This document shows, piece after piece, positions 39,335-53,800 of a stretch of DNA of 64,000 bases (position 1 is its first letter; each line of letters starts with the position of its first letter). Under the pieces are notes generated by a model. It made no database searches, was not told the origin of the DNA, and saw nothing but the letters and a program-made list of their open reading frames with translations. The translations under genes and the position numbers were made by a program. This DNA comes from Octopus vulgaris (Eukaryota): positions 51,336,001-51,400,000 of the forward strand of contig OX597823.1 of assembly GCA_951406725.2 (NCBI GenBank), written 5' to 3'.

Positions 39335-39500
39335 TGTCGACGAGGGTTCCAGTTGATCCGATCAACGGAACAGCCTGCCCATGAAATTAATGTGCAAGTG
39401 GCTGAGTACTCCACAGACACGTGTACCCTTAACGTAGTTCTCGGGGTGATTCAGCGTGACACAGTGTGTGAGAAGGATGACCTTTTGAAATACAGGTACA
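39335..39500 (-). mobile_element. SINE family C 3' fragment
   Basis: Reverse complement of the tail seen at 30200-30366. Confidence 0.8.
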
Positions 39501-39594
39501 ACAGAATCAGGAAGAGTGAGAGAAAGTTGTGGTGAAAGAGTACAACAGGGTTCGCCAGTATGTTAGATTTAATTTTTTCAATATATCATATCAC

Positions 39595-40058
39595 TGGGCG
39601 GCCAGCAAACTGAATCGTTAGCACGTAGGGCAGTTGCTTAGCGGTATAATGAAAGGCGGTGAGCTGGCAGAAACGTTAGCAAGCCGGGCGAAATACTTCG
39701 CGGTATTTCGTCTGCCGTTATGTTCTGAGTTCAAATTCCGCCGAGGTCGACTTTACCTTTCATCCTTTCGGGGTCGATAAATTAAAGTACCAGCTACGCA
39801 CTGGGGTCGATGTAATCGACTTAATACCTATGTCTGTCCTTGTTTGTCCCCTCTATGTTTAGCCCCTTGTGGGTTATAAAGAAATAGGTATTTCATCCGT
39901 CTTCACGGTCCGAGTTAAAATTTCGCCGTGGTCGACTTCGCCTTCGTCCTTCGAGATCGATGAAATAAGAATCAGTCGAGCAGTGTCGATGTAATCGACT
40001 TGCCCCCCCCCCCAAAAAAAAAAATTTCAGGCCTTGTGCCTACACTAGAAAGGATTAT
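39595..40058 (+). mobile_element. Nested/tandem SINE family A copies
   Basis: One copy split at gcggtat / aggtatttc by a younger copy (~39655-39890) with a different tail. Confidence 0.85.
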
Positions 40059-40569
40059 TTGATCACTTGCGTTTACATAATATCTTATTCCATTAAGGCG
40101 ATCATCCCCCTTCCTAACTGCAATTAAATAACGCCTTGAAGACTATTGCTTATTCGTATGATCGCATCGCTTAAAACTGAGATTTTGGATTCACGTGAAC
40201 CCATTCTATTCCCTTCAACTCGATAATGTCCACCATCTTATGTGCACACACGCCAAGTGCGTAAGTATTTTTATTCGGTTCAAACCAACAAGACCACGAC
40301 TTCGACGGTATTCCTTACATTATTATCAAGCATTGCACCTCATAGTTAGCACCTACATTCACCTAACTATTCACTGTGTTCACAAAAGGGACCCACTCTG
40401 ATATTTGAAACCACACACTGCATTGTGTTTCGTTCCAAGAAAAGCCATCTCTCAAACCCTGCATACTATCGCCATGCTGCATTTTTAATATCTTTAATGT
40501 AATGGCAGTAACCATTAACCATGATGGCTTCTGCCATTTTGAACCTCGCTCTCTCGCGCGTGCACGTGC

Positions 40570-41030
40570 TTTCTCGATGACTAAAATCAGATCTCCTGGT
40601 GATCTACTGTCCTCCACAAACACACGTGGGATTTTAATTGAAGATATTTGTTGAATGAATGCTGTTATCAATTTCCTCGAAGCTTTTGACTATGAATCTC
40701 CAGTCGAATCTGTCCACGAATATGTTCAACCAGTCTCTGGTTGTCTTGCATCAGTAGTTTTCTATCAGATCGTGTGCTGACGGAGCTCTTTATTTCTCAC
40801 ATTCTATCAACTTTGGTCTACCCCAGGGTTTGGCTTTATTTCCCACTCTCTTCTTTCTATATTTAAACGACTAACTTGTCCCATCTAGCAACACCCATTT
40901 TACGCAGATGACCCCATCTTTCATTTCTCCTTTATACTCCTGAACCATGCATTATCTACTCGTAACCTAGACACCACACGTCAAACCCACACAGACTCCA
41001 TGAATAGTTATCTCGAAAGATTCTTCCAGT
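40570..41030 (+). pseudogene. Heavily decayed LINE reverse transcriptase fragment
   Basis: EAFD (gaagcttttgac), SINFGLPQGLALFPTLFFLYLND*, then after a frameshift YADD (tacgcagatgac). Confidence 0.75.
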
Positions 41031-43799
41031 AGAAATGTGCTTCCAAACTAAACCTAAACATGACATAAAGCAATTTCAGATACGCGTTAAAACTCTATTT
41101 TTTCAGACAAAACTAAAAGTCTATATATCAACAAAAAAGCCATTTCATTAATGACTTCAGGACAATATCATTAAGTCAATCTAGGTAAAAACAAGCAGCA
41201 ATATGAAAATTAATATGTAGAAAATAAACGAAAGTAAAACCAAAGAAAGAAAGAAATATCTGATTGATTCTATTCAGTTTTACAATCATGGAATCTAATC
41301 ACGAATGTGAGATTGAGGAAATTATTTATTTTCTGAATATCCAATAAGATCTTTTCTGTTAAAAACTGTTTATTCATAAAACATAGAATTGTCTCAAGAA
41401 CCAAGTTTCTTCAGTGAATGGAAATAAAGCTGTCATTGAATAATTCAGGAAAATTGAAAGAAATGAACGCAAGATTTGGTTAAACTATTGTTTCTGACTT
41501 TATATAGATTGAGTAGCTTGAGTTATGAAAATTAGTATTCTGCAAGTCATAAAAAATGATGCGAATATTAATACTCTGGACACATTTAATGAATCCTTAA
41601 TACTTATGAATTAAGGATGTATATACACGCGATGCAACCAAAACAAGATAAATACTGTCAAGTTCAAAGAATGTATCATAAAAATAAATGATTAAAATTA
41701 AGGTAAAAATTTACTAGGCTTCAGAGTTTATTATATGATTTAAACATTCATTATTTCATTGTGGGGGGCACCTTGCATATTGGCTAGCATAGGTTGTAAG
41801 TCTCTCTCATGGACTTGATAGAAGTTCTGTCCTTGAGAAATCCATTTCAATTCACATCTCTTTAGAGGACTCTGCTGCAAACGACTACCCGAAGTTGGTC
41901 CTTAGATGATTGGTTTCCCATTTTAGGTTGACGGGGCTCTTATCTTTTCAGCCTATATGCCTTCAAGATCCAAATATAATCCCGTTTCATGGGCAGACGT
42001 TAGATTTAATACTTTGTAGTCGCATCTCCTATGATATGGCATCAATCAAATCTGAGTGGATGTAACTCAGTGACTGTTTCGCATTACACTACGCTATTTG
42101 CCACGCATTGTGCGATAGTTTACTCCTTTTTAATTGCATAAAAGTTTCGTTACAACGAGAGGAACGCAATATATTTTGATAATACTTTGAAATATTAGCC
42201 AACAAGGTAACCTCAGGGCGAGGATCTGACATCACCCACGTTGCAACAAAATATTTTTTCAACAAACTCCGATCAGTTCTACCACGAATAAAGTGAGGAG
42301 ACTCATGGTTGTCTTTGTCGTGTGCATCGTTTCTTAACTAATATCAAAATAATTAGAACCATCTCAAAATAATATCATAGATAACCTGATTTGTATTGAA
42401 CACTGATAACCTGTCAATAACATTTTTGCTAGCATCGCTTCTTGTAGACCACAAGTTACTAACCACCTTTGCGATGAAAGTATTCGCCATAACCATTTGC
42501 AGTAAATAAGAAATTTAGGGTATTTATTATTTTCGAAGGATTAAACATCAATTTTTCCCACTGTATACTGTCTAATCTTTACAGCTAATGTGTTTTCAAC
42601 GTCTGTTTGATATTTGAATGACTCTTTCATTACTTTCTAGGTCTTTTCCATTATAACACTATACTGTATTTTGATTGTGGAAATACTTTAAGATAAACTT
42701 AAATTGTTACTTACCATTTTCTCCTTGTTATTTTTAGTTTTTGATAATTCTCAGAGTAAACTTTCGATTATGTTAACACGTGTTTTAATTAGCAGTCTTT
42801 AAGCAATGACGCTCATAATAATAAAATCTGAAATTAAGGCTGCAGATCTTATTAAAAATAAAAGCAAACCTAACAAGGGTAAAATCAATGCATATTGGCT
42901 GCTATGATTGGTATAATAATGCGGATTTTTGTTGAACAACGTCAACAGTATGGTGTAGAGTTCTGACCAGTGGTGCATGGTGGTCGTTGTATTGGGTGCG
43001 CTGCCACACCCAATGCCACCAAATTTCAAGCAGGGGTATAACAAAAGTTTTCCATTAAGATCTGTGATAAATTAATGAGTAAGGTTAATATTTAAAATGA
43101 ACTTGCTATTTTCGATGGGTGTGCGCTGCACACCTAGCACACCCAAAATATTCGCCCTCGGTTGTTTTAAACTTTTTTTTTTGCACTTTCTGAAATATAT
43201 AAGAGCTTTTCATATATTGAATTCTTATTGGATTTAAGTTGGAATATCAACTCTATTAAAATTTATCAATCACAACTTTACACCCGACATCATATTTATT
43301 ATCATATCTTCGTTAATTTAGTTTATATTTATATGAACCTGCTTGTAAAGTAAGTTCCTAAAGTTTCTGAAAGTAAATTTTTACTCTTCTATAGAATTTG
43401 GTCGGACGTAATCTACTGCATTGTTATCTATTATACAATAGCTTATACTCTTGCAAAATACTCTGAATGACATCCGTTATACAAGCGCTAGACATCCGTT
43501 TGTATAACGAAAAGCATGTCGGGTACAATCTGGCGAAATTAAAATTCTGAAAGATAGCTGAAACGACATATTGTATCCTTCCAAAATCTAAATTGAAATG
43601 CATTTCATTCTAAATTTGACTACGTAATCATAGTTCATCTCAAAGACAGCTCGAAGTATTAAAATTGAAACATTTTGCTTGTTGACAGCGCATCAATATG
43701 GGCATATAATGTTGACTCATATCATAATAACTATTACTGTGTTATTGAATCATTTCGAAATGAAACGTAGAGAATCTAGACTAGTGTTGTTGTTGCTGT

Positions 43800-44380
43800 T
43801 GCTTTTGCTAGTATTATTTCTTCAATAGTCTTATTTTTATTGCATGTTTTAATTGCGCTTCCGAGACAGTGCTGTGTACATAGTGTTTTCTGGTGTACTA
43901 CGTAAGATATGTGCTGTGCCTAGCATTTATTTTCTGCATGTTGTGTATATGTGTAAGCCACAGAGTTTTGGCTATGTATTTATCTACATTTCTTTCAATC
44001 ATTTCCAACGCACTGTTTATAATAAAGTTTGATTAGCTTCTGTTTTAAGTTCCCACATACTGGGATCTTTATGTTTGGATAATTTTCTATTTCATTTCGT
44101 GATGCTTTGTCGGATTTTGAGACTGATGCCTCGGTGAGAAAGCATTTCCTTTCCTGGTAGTCCTTGACAACAATATCCGGTTGAAAACCCATCATCATAC
44201 GGCCTATGTGACGTTACATATCGATGAGTATGGCCGCTTTGTTATTCTTTGTAATTCTGTTCTGGTGTATAACTATCGCGCCTCATAATTTAGTCCCCGT
44301 TAGTACTTTGTTCTCGTCCGGGATCATTCCCTCCCCAATTTCGTAATTTCTTAACTTTCTTGCGACTTGTATACATTTTA
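43800..44380 (-). pseudogene. Decayed R4/Dong-type LINE 3' end (restriction-like endonuclease region)
   Basis: QPDIVVKDYQERKCFLTEASV...NEIENY and LGTAHILR, typical of R4/Dong C-termini. Confidence 0.65.
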
Positions 44381-44436
44381 TGTTTTTCTAGTTTTTGATA
44401 AAATCATTTCAGTCTGGATTCTTTCAAAGAACCGAA

Positions 44437-44853
44437 GGGCGGCGAGCTGGCAGACACGTTAGCACGCCGGGCGAAATGCCTAGTCGTATTTCGTCTGCCG
44501 TTACGTTCTGAGTTCAAATTCCGCCGCAGTCGACTTTGCTTTTCATCCTTTCGGGGTCAATAAATTAAGTACCAGTTACGCACTGGGGTCGATATAATCG
44601 ACTTAATTCGTTTGTCTGTCTTTGTTTGTCCCCTCTGTGTTTAGCCCCTTGTGGGTAGTAAAGAAACAGGTATTTTGTCTGTCGTTACGTTTTGTGTTCA
44701 AATTCCACCGAGGTTGACTTTACCTTTTATCCTTTCGGGGTCGATTAAATAAGTAGCAGTTACGCACTGGGGTAGATATAATTGACTTAATCCATTTGTC
44801 TGTCCTTGTTTGTCCCCTCTGTGTGAGGCCCCTTGTGGCCAGTAAAGACATAA
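44437..44853 (+). mobile_element. SINE family A dimer (full copy plus headless copy)
   Basis: Near-consensus ggcggcgagctggcagacacgttagcacgccggg...; possible TSD aagaaccg / aagaatcg. Confidence 0.9.
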
Positions 44854-46048
44854 GAATCGTTTTCATATTTCTCAACATAAAATTCTTTACAATTTAATGA
44901 GGATTTCTTTTTGAAAGCATTTTCATTTGCATCATTTGCATCGCAATTGATACCATTTAGTATTAAGACATATTTCTTTTATTGTTCCATTCTTGCATGA
45001 TTTTCAGGTTATTTACTGGTGTTTTCATATTCACATATGAGTAGATCTTAAGGATTACTCACTACTGTGCCTGCTGCATTATATTATTTTGTTTAACCTG
45101 CAGACATTGATATTCGTGTATACTTTAATTAAAGTTGCGATGGCAAGGCTTGCGAATCTTGAATGTTGTTATTTTATCATTGAGTTCTTTTTTTTTATTT
45201 TTAGAAATTACTTTTGTTGGTTTCTAGAAAGTTCTATTGATTCTAATTCTGAATTTACTTGAAGCTTTCAATTATTTTCATCCATTCTTAGCTTTTCCTA
45301 TTCTTAAATCTTCCTCACACTCAACTTTTTCTCCGCTTTTACCCATAATGATGCGTGTTGATCTCATTCGGCTTGTTGTTGGCTAGTTTTCTGAAACGTT
45401 CCTAAGGTTTATTTTTGTTATATTTTGCTATTTGTTTTGTTTGCTTCCCAAGTAAAAGACATATCTTTTTAGTTTATGTTCTGACCGTCTTGCGTTTTGT
45501 TTGTTTTTGAAATGAACATTTTTTTCTCCAAATTGCTGTATTTTGATATCTGATATTTTGGGACTGCAATAGTGTATTACGTTTTATATTGCCATTTTCA
45601 TCCAAGGATATTTCATTTGTAAATAGAATGCGGTAGTAAGTTACGTCTGAAGAATAAAAATATACTATCTCCCCGTGAAATATGTCTTCATACTGAATGG
45701 TATCAATTGCGATGCAAATGATGCAAATGAAAATGCTTTCAAAAAGAAATCCTCATTAAATTGTAAAGAATTTTATGTTGAGAAATATGAAAACGATTCT
45801 TATGTCTTTACTGCCCACAAGGGGCCTCACACAGAGGGGGCAAACAAGGACAGACAAATGGATTAAGTCAATTATATCTACCCCAGTGCGTAACTGCTAC
45901 TTATTTAATCGACCCCGAAAGGATAAAAGGCAAAGTCGACCTCGGCGGAATTTGAACTCAGAACGTAACGACAGACAAAATACCTATTTCTTTACTACCC
46001 ACAAGGGGCTAAACACGGAGGGGACAAACAAGGACAGACAAACGAATT
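44605..46048. repeat. Local inverted duplication, 372-bp arms (44605-44976 and 45677-46048), ~700-bp spacer
   Basis: Arms include ~120 bp of non-SINE sequence and share private SINE variants. Confidence 0.92.
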
Positions 46049-46594
46049 TTCAGTTTTATTTTGAAGATTTGGGTGGAGTACATTAATTAGATTGTACTCA
46101 TTTTCATTATGTACAGGTTTGTTAGTTCTTGGCGATTTTAAACTTTGCAAGCTTCATTTTCCGTACTTTCATTGCCTGAATTATAATGTACGCAATTTCG
46201 CTTTATCCATAAGCTAGAGATATAATTTCATTTCTATTGAGTTTGATTTTCTTTGCGAGGACGCTGAATAGGTGTGTTACTAATAATTACATGTCTTCTT
46301 TAATATTTTTTTTACGTATGGTATCTGAATTCCATCCAGTACGAAGGTTTGTAATACATAAATTATATCCGATAAAGTTTAATGAATTATACAAAGGGAT
46401 CTATGCATATTTATACTATAATCCATCAAACTACGTCGTTAGTAGTTAATTACAGTCAAAGCATAAACCACAGCACATACCCAAGGCACACAGAGCTGCG
46501 CTCGGTAGTGAAGTGTAAGCACGCTATAAAAATAAAACTACTGAATAATAATAATAATAATTATTATTATTATTACTATTATAAAGCAAAATGC

Positions 46595-47140
46595 TGACTG
46601 GCATTTCGTTCATCATTACGTTCTGAGTTCAAATTCCGCCGAGGTCGACTTTGCTTTTCATCCTTTCTAAGTCGATGAAATAAGTACCAGTGAAACACTG
46701 GGGTCCATGTACTCGACTAGTCCACTTCCTCATAGCTTCAGGTCTTGTGCCTATAGTAGAAAGGATTATTATTACTATTATACGCATAGGAGCAAGCGTG
46801 ACTGTGTGGTGAGAAGCTTGCTTCCCCACCTCATGTTTCCGGATCCAGTCTCACTGCGTGGCACCTTGGGCAAGTGTCTTCTAGTATAGCCTCGATCCGA
46901 CCAAAGCCTTGGCCATATATATATATATATGTTTGTGTGTCTGTGTTTGTCCCCCCCCCCCCCCCACCATTGCATTGCAACCGATGCCGTAACTTAGCGG
47001 TTCGGCAAAACAGACCGATAGAATATGTACTAGTCTTACACAGAATAAGTTATGGGATCGATTTGTTCGACTAAAGGCAGTACTCCAGCATGGCCGCAGT
47101 CAAATGACTGAAACAAATATAAGAATAAAAGAAAAAAGAA
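46595..47140 (+). mobile_element. SINE family A (~46595-46770) followed by SINE family B (~46787-47140)
   Basis: Both cores recognisable; B tail ctccagcatggccgcagtcaaatgactgaaac plus A-rich end. Confidence 0.88.
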
Positions 47141-50100
47141 AAGAATACATTCACATACACACACACACACACACATATATATATACAGGCACACACATAC
47201 ATATTTGTAGGCATATGTATATGTATATGTATACATACACGCACATGCATGTTAACCCTCATACATAAATAGATAGTTGATTTCGATGATGAATATTCAT
47301 TTGTTCGAAAGAGTTGAATTACCTACTTGAATTGATATGCAAATTGGATGAATGACCGATCTACAGTCACTTTCTTCTTGTGTACTTCACGGAGAAAATG
47401 AGTGACACAACGTCTAAAAGTTCAGTCTTTGAAATATACGTATATTCTATTCGACGAGTCAAAAAAGGGATTTCCTATGCCCAGTTCAATGTACTCGGTT
47501 TGGGGTGGTCAAAGACTATGTGAAAATAGACTTGTTTAATGAGTCACACGATGAGATCGAACTCATAACATTGAGATTTAGAAGTGATCTACTTAACACG
47601 TGATCAACCTGGTATACAAGCACACACACGCACACACAGCATGTATTCACGTGTGTATGCATGCGTGCATATATATTTATGTATATGAATACCTCAATGA
47701 TATGTATACATACAGACGTAGCGGCTCCAAAATTTAAATAACTCGACAGTGTTGCAGACAAAGTACATAAGATTTACACATTCAAACTTTCGTACAAGGC
47801 GCACCATATTTCAACTAGTGGAGTATCTATAAATATAGAGTAAGGGAGAACGAGAGAGAGTGAAAGAAAGGCAGGGAGATAAAAAGAGAGAGAGAGAGAT
47901 ACTGACAGAAACAGAGACAGAGAGACAGAGTGAGGCAGAGTGGGAAAGAAAAATGAAAACGATATCAGCATTTTTGTACAAATAGATTATTGATTTCTTT
48001 ACATGCAAGGTCTTTGTATTGCCAAGGAAATCAGTTCGATCAAGTAATTACGCACTGGTAGATTTACTATGTTTAAGTTTATCACTGTATGAACCAGAAC
48101 AATAAGGATCTGCATATGGTAACATAAAATATTTGGTCCACGTCTCCAGCTACTCTGCCAACTCCATGGCACGTATAAAAGAAACCATTGAACACAAACC
48201 GAAAGAAATAATCCGTATGGAATAATCAGTGTAACTTAATATTGCGAGTATATTGACCATATTATTTTTCAACCAGGAACATTTGTAAATCGTATGAAAA
48301 AGTTCATAAATCATCAACAACCAACACATAATTGACGTTTATTTTCTCCTTTATGTATCATTCTATCTGTTTTCTATGTAAAACATAGTTATGGAGAAGA
48401 CTTCCAAAGAGAGAGAGAAAAAAAAGTACCTGTTTTCCTTTTGTTTGTTTTTACCCCGAGCAAGAAATATTTTGTGTGTATTTAGCTAGCAACAAATATT
48501 CCAATTAATGTACAGCTTGAATACGCTCTAAAGCTGGCCATACAATCATTAATTATTTGGCAAAAGAATTTCAAAGTTCGTTCATGATATTTAGACTCTT
48601 AAAAACAACATAACCGATCGTGAAAACCTTGTGTATTCACAGGCGCAGTTTTTATAATCTATTTGTGACTGGTCTTTAAATGAGATGCTTTTTCCCAACA
48701 GAATATACTTTATTGGATGCACGTTTCATTACATCCGAAATAGTTGCCAAAATAAAACACCACACACCAGCGTGCTCGTGAGTACGCCTACATTTGTGCA
48801 CACATAATCACGATATGTATGTATATTTGTATGCATGTGTGTAAGTATCTTTATATATGTATTTCTGTGTCTGTATATACATATATTAAAATACGTGCAT
48901 GGCAACATACCTATTCACATACCTTATACGCACATATAGACACACACACACATAATACATGATGCCGCGTTAAATTCCTTGTTTGCAATGTATATCATTT
49001 CGTGAAAAACGAAGAGAGAAACATATATATATGTGTGTGTGTGTGTGTGTATGTATATAAGGAATTTTTAGTAGACATCCAAAGCTAAAGCACTAATTAA
49101 TTGCGTTATTATAAACGTACTTATTTTCAAGTGATAACAATCAAAATATTTATGTTACGTTAAATTCTACCCCAAGGTAAGAAACAGCATTCTCGATCAA
49201 CTGTTATTTATTTTACTAGAAGTTAAAGAGAAAAAGGAAAGAGATGGAGAAAGACTAGTTGAATGAGAGAGAGAGAGAGCGATAAAAATATGTGGAAACA
49301 TAGGTGAGAGACTCAAACTTCCCACTATCGAATGTTCTGTTCGATACCAGAGCAGTGTGTGGCTGGCTGTCTTGTTTCGCTCGAAGAAATCTATAGTAAT
49401 TTTATTTTCTTTAACCCTGTCATGTTCAGTTTTAAATCTTATCTCTCTGCTAACTCTTTTATTGATAAAATGTTTCATGGTGTGATTCACTCGGGAAGAA
49501 AGAAGATAGTGTTGGCAATTAGAGCTGATGGCGTTTTGTATGAATGACCGAAAGAAATCGATAGGTTTGTGAACAGAAAAGAAGTAAAACCGCTTGGTGT
49601 ATGTGTATAATGATTGCTTGTGTATGTGAGTGAGAATGTTTGTGAGTGTGTGTATATGCGTGTGTGATTGTATGTGCTCTGGTCAATGTTTTGGCAGCAT
49701 TCTATTGGCTGAAGGCCATTACTGGGAATAGGTTTTTCTATCTAACTAGCCCTTAACATACTAACACGCTCTCAGCCTTTTCTTGATAACGTTACATCAA
49801 CTTTAATGTCCAGAAATGTTAAGTTAAAACATTGCGTATATCTAAAGAAAAATCATTTTCCAACAAAGGAAGAAATATGAATTTTCTATCCGACAAGATT
49901 AAAAGTTATATGAAGTGAAATTTATTTTCATCGAATTTTTCACCTTTTCGTCACTTGTGTATCACACCTAGGGCGTCATAATATTAATACTTCAGCTTAA
50001 ATGCAAAAATAGACATAACTCAGCTTCTTGATCCAAAAGAAACTACACTGAGCAGAAACAGTAGCGCAGTGCTGGTTTTATAAATATATTACATCACTTT

Positions 50101-50319
50101 CCTTCTCTGCTTTGTAGTGACTACATTACAATATTTAAACTAGAGTTAGTTAATGAAATAATAATTATAGATGATACAGTAAAATAATTAAATCGTTTAT
50201 TTTTTTTTGTCAATACTTACAGATTTCCATAATCAAACTAAGTGTATAAACAGTCACAAAGATCAGGTGAAAGACAATGTAAAGTTGTTAATGTTATGAA
50301 TCCTTAACGACATGGATAA

Positions 50320-50518
50320 CTTTACATTCTGAGTTCAAATTCCGCCGTGGTAAACCTCGTCTTTCGCCTACCAGAGTCGATAACATAATATTCTTTTCTA
50401 GTTCAAGCAAAAAGCCCGAATTTTTCGGGGAGGTGGCCAGTCTATTAGATCGACCCCAGTACGCAACTGGTACTTATTTTATCGACCCCGAAAGGGTGAT
50501 AGGCAAAGTCGACCTCGG
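50320..50518. mobile_element. SINE family A fragments (+ then -)
   Basis: ttctgagttcaaattccgcc on +; gatcgaccccagtacgcaactggtac...ggcaaagtcgacctcg on -. Confidence 0.8.
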
Positions 50519-51209
50519 TCGACCTCTTTTGTGACTGTGTCAACATCCAACACCACTAAATGTGAGGACTTCTGTTTCCCTTTCTGGAAAGTGGCCTTGC
50601 CACATTTATCAAAACCAAATTCCATCCTAATGTCGTCACTGAATGCTTTCACTGTACGTAGTACTCGTTCAAGTTCATTATCGTCTTTGCCATACAATTT
50701 TAAGCTATCCATATAAAATAGATGACTTATTTTCTTGTCGCCAATTTTATATCTGTTGAGTTCGCTTGTAAGGGATACTTGGGCTATACAGAAAATGAGA
50801 GGTGAAAGTGAGTCCCAGTGGAAAATGCCACAGTTGATATTAACAATTTTTGTGGTCAGTACTCCATTAGAGTGGTATTATTGGAGATTTGTGTTCGACA
50901 TTGACATGTTGTGCTTCAGGAAAGTTGAAATCACTGGAGAAATTTTGAAGACATCCAGCGATTTCAAGATCCATGAATGTGGAATGCTGTCGAAAGCCTT
51001 TTTATAATCAATCCATGCAGAACTGAGATTTCTGCGTTTGTTATGACAGTTCTCAAGGATCATGCGATTGATTAATAGTTGCTCTTTGTATCCACATGAG
51101 CCTCATCGGCATCCATTTTGTTCAGTGGGAAAAATATCGTTCTGTTCCATAAATTCGTATGTTTTCTCCACGAGGACGGATGTTAAAATTTTATACGTGG
51201 TAGATAGAC
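50519..51209 (-). pseudogene. R4/Dong-type LINE reverse transcriptase fragment
   Basis: NLSSAWIDYKKAFDSIPHSWI, GIFHWDSLSPLIFC (cf. GIFQGDSLSP), SHLFYMDSLKLY (cf. YMDD), FSDDIRMEFGFDKC; 5' end abuts (ATT)n. Confidence 0.85.
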
Positions 51210-51300
51210 GTATTATTATTATTATTATTATTATTATTGCTGCTGCTGCTGTTGTTGTTGTTGTTGTTGTTGTTGTTGTGTTGTTGTTATTATTATTATC
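51210..51300. repeat. (ATT)n(GCT)n(GTT)n trinucleotide array
   Basis: Directly visible. Confidence 0.95.
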
Positions 51301-52539
51301 TGCAAATACATTTGTTTCAAAATATATGACGTTTTAGAGTATTACAGGAAATTAAAGATTATAGAAAAAGGAAAACTGTGGAGCCAGTCCTAGCTCCAGT
51401 ACTGAAGTACTTGTGTAAGTGACACGAGATACAGAATTCGAATTAAGCCTTTTAATTGGTTTAGAACAGATGTCTGTTCAACGATGTGGCTCAGAAACCC
51501 AATCCAATTTAGATGGAATTAGACCATCATCCTTTCGGTAAAGGTTTCAAGTTACTAGCAATATATTTGAGTCTATCAATCATTATATAAAGCACACGTC
51601 TAATTAACAATGAACCTTCATGCTTAATAATAATATAATTTCCATTGATAATTGATATAGTTGCTATATATTACTTTCAATCAATTAATCAACCAATCAA
51701 TCAGTTAGTCAATCAGTCAATATTTATCGATTTCCCATAATTGAGAAAACACAATCGGTTGCATGGCCTTTATTAATCACATGTATTCATCAATAAAGGA
51801 TTACGTCTCCTGACCTCAGTGGAAACCCTTTCCGATATATAGTCATCCACACAGCAAGTCAACGAAACGGTCGTTATTTACACTTGGTTCCTGCTGCTTA
51901 GAGCAGTAAAACTACATCACCATGTCGTTTCTATTTACAGTTAAATGGACTATGCCAGCATGAATTGGTGCCTTGGCCACCGAAACTATAAGCTGCCAGC
52001 GATAAACTACAAATCGTGTCACAGAAATTTATCGCTGTCAATGTGACAATATATATATATACACGGAATAAATGTATCAGTATCAGAAAGTAAATAGTAA
52101 TATGTGTGTTATACAAAATATATATATGTGTTATATATATATAAAAAAGAAGACATTATCGGTATCCTTCTCGCTCAGCATGATTATCTCTTTTATAATC
52201 AATATATGTGTATTCGTATCATATATATTACATATTGTGTGTTACAATACATCTGTGTTTCTGTATGTGTATGTATGAATATCTACATATGTGTGTACAT
52301 GTGTGTGAATAAATATTGTAGTACACAGTCTGTATCCTTGAATTACAGATCTTTGTTCGCTTTTCTGCACGAAATGTTTAAAATGGTATTCGAGATTATT
52401 CTGTTTGTTTTCGATGTTCAACGTGAATTACGGACACGCAGAGATACGATCAACTGAGCCCTAACTTTCTTCAGGCGATAGATTTTTCCATATTTGTTGA
52501 CTAACATTTAAAACTGAAACTCAAGGGAAAAGGTTAGCT

Positions 52540-53442
52540 GACTTTACATTTTGGGGTTGATAAAATCAATATCAGTTGAGCACTGGGATTGAGGTAATCG
52601 ACTTAATCTCAATCCTGAAATTGTTAAGCTTGAGCCAAAATCTGAAGCCAATATCATTATGATATTAGGCAATAATCTTGCAGAATCGTTCCAGCTTTAC
52701 TTTCCGAAGCCGACTTTCCGGGTAGATAAGATGAAGCACCAGTTAAGCCCTGGAATCGAAGCAATCGATTTAAACCCACTGCGAAATATTCAGGCCTTAT
52801 GACTGCAGTTGAAGGAATTATTATGAAAGGTGGCTTAACATGCCGGACAAAACGCTTAGTGGCATTTCGTCCGTCTTAGTGTTCTGATTTCTTATTCCAC
52901 CACGGACCTATTTACCTTTGATCCTTTCAGAGTCGATAAAACAAGTACCAGTTGAGCACTGGGGTCGATGCATATCGACTGTTCCCCTTCCCACAATTTC
53001 AGACCTTGTGCATATAGTAGAAAGGATTATTAAAGGCAGCATAGCACGCCGGACAAAATGCTTAGTAGTATTTCGTCCGTCTTTAAGTACTGATTTCAAA
53101 TTTCACCGTGACCCACTTTGCATTTTTTCCTTTCGGTGTCGACGAAACAAGTACCAGTCATGTACTGGAATCGATGTAATGGATTGGCCTCTTCTTCCAA
53201 AATGTCAGGCCTAGCACGTCTATACCAAAAACACCTGAATCACGCGTCAAGCCTTTTCTTTTCTACTCTAGGCACAAGGCCCGAAATTTTTGGGGAGGGG
53301 GCCAGTCGATTAGATCGACCCCAGTATGCAACTCGTACTTAACTTATCGACCTGGTTCTTAATTTATCGACCCAGAAAGGATGAAAGGCAAAGAGCTAGG
53401 TGGAATTTGAACTCAAAATGTAAAGACAGACGAAATACCGAC
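52540..53442. mobile_element. Cluster of about 5 diverged SINE family A copies (mostly +, last one -)
   Basis: Repeated gataaaacaagtaccagttgagcactggggtcgat and caggccttgtg tails. Confidence 0.75.
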
Positions 53443-53569
53443 AGGTCAAACCTGTTATTACAACTCTGATCGCCATCTTTTCCTCTCTGACTGTAACCAC
53501 CACCCCACCACCACTATTAGCATATCAAGCATTACTTCTTTTCCTTCCACTTTTGGTTTCATCACAGCA

Positions 53570-53800
53570 AGTGAATAGTAGTAGTCGTCGTCGTAGTAGT
53601 AGTAGTAGTAATAATAGTAGTAGTGGTAGCAGCAGCAGCAGCAGCAGCTACAGCGGCAACGGTAGTATTATTTATATTAACAAGAACAGTAGTAGTGGTG
53701 GTAGTGATAGACATAGATGTATTTAGTAGCAGCAATTGTAGTTGCGGGTAGCAATAGTAGAAGCAGCGGCGGCAGCAGCAGCAGCAGTAGTAGCAGCGGC
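53570..53800. repeat. Mixed (TAG)/(CAG)/(GTC) trinucleotide low-complexity tract
   Basis: Directly visible; similar tracts at ~56860-56990 and ~58370-58700. Confidence 0.9.
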
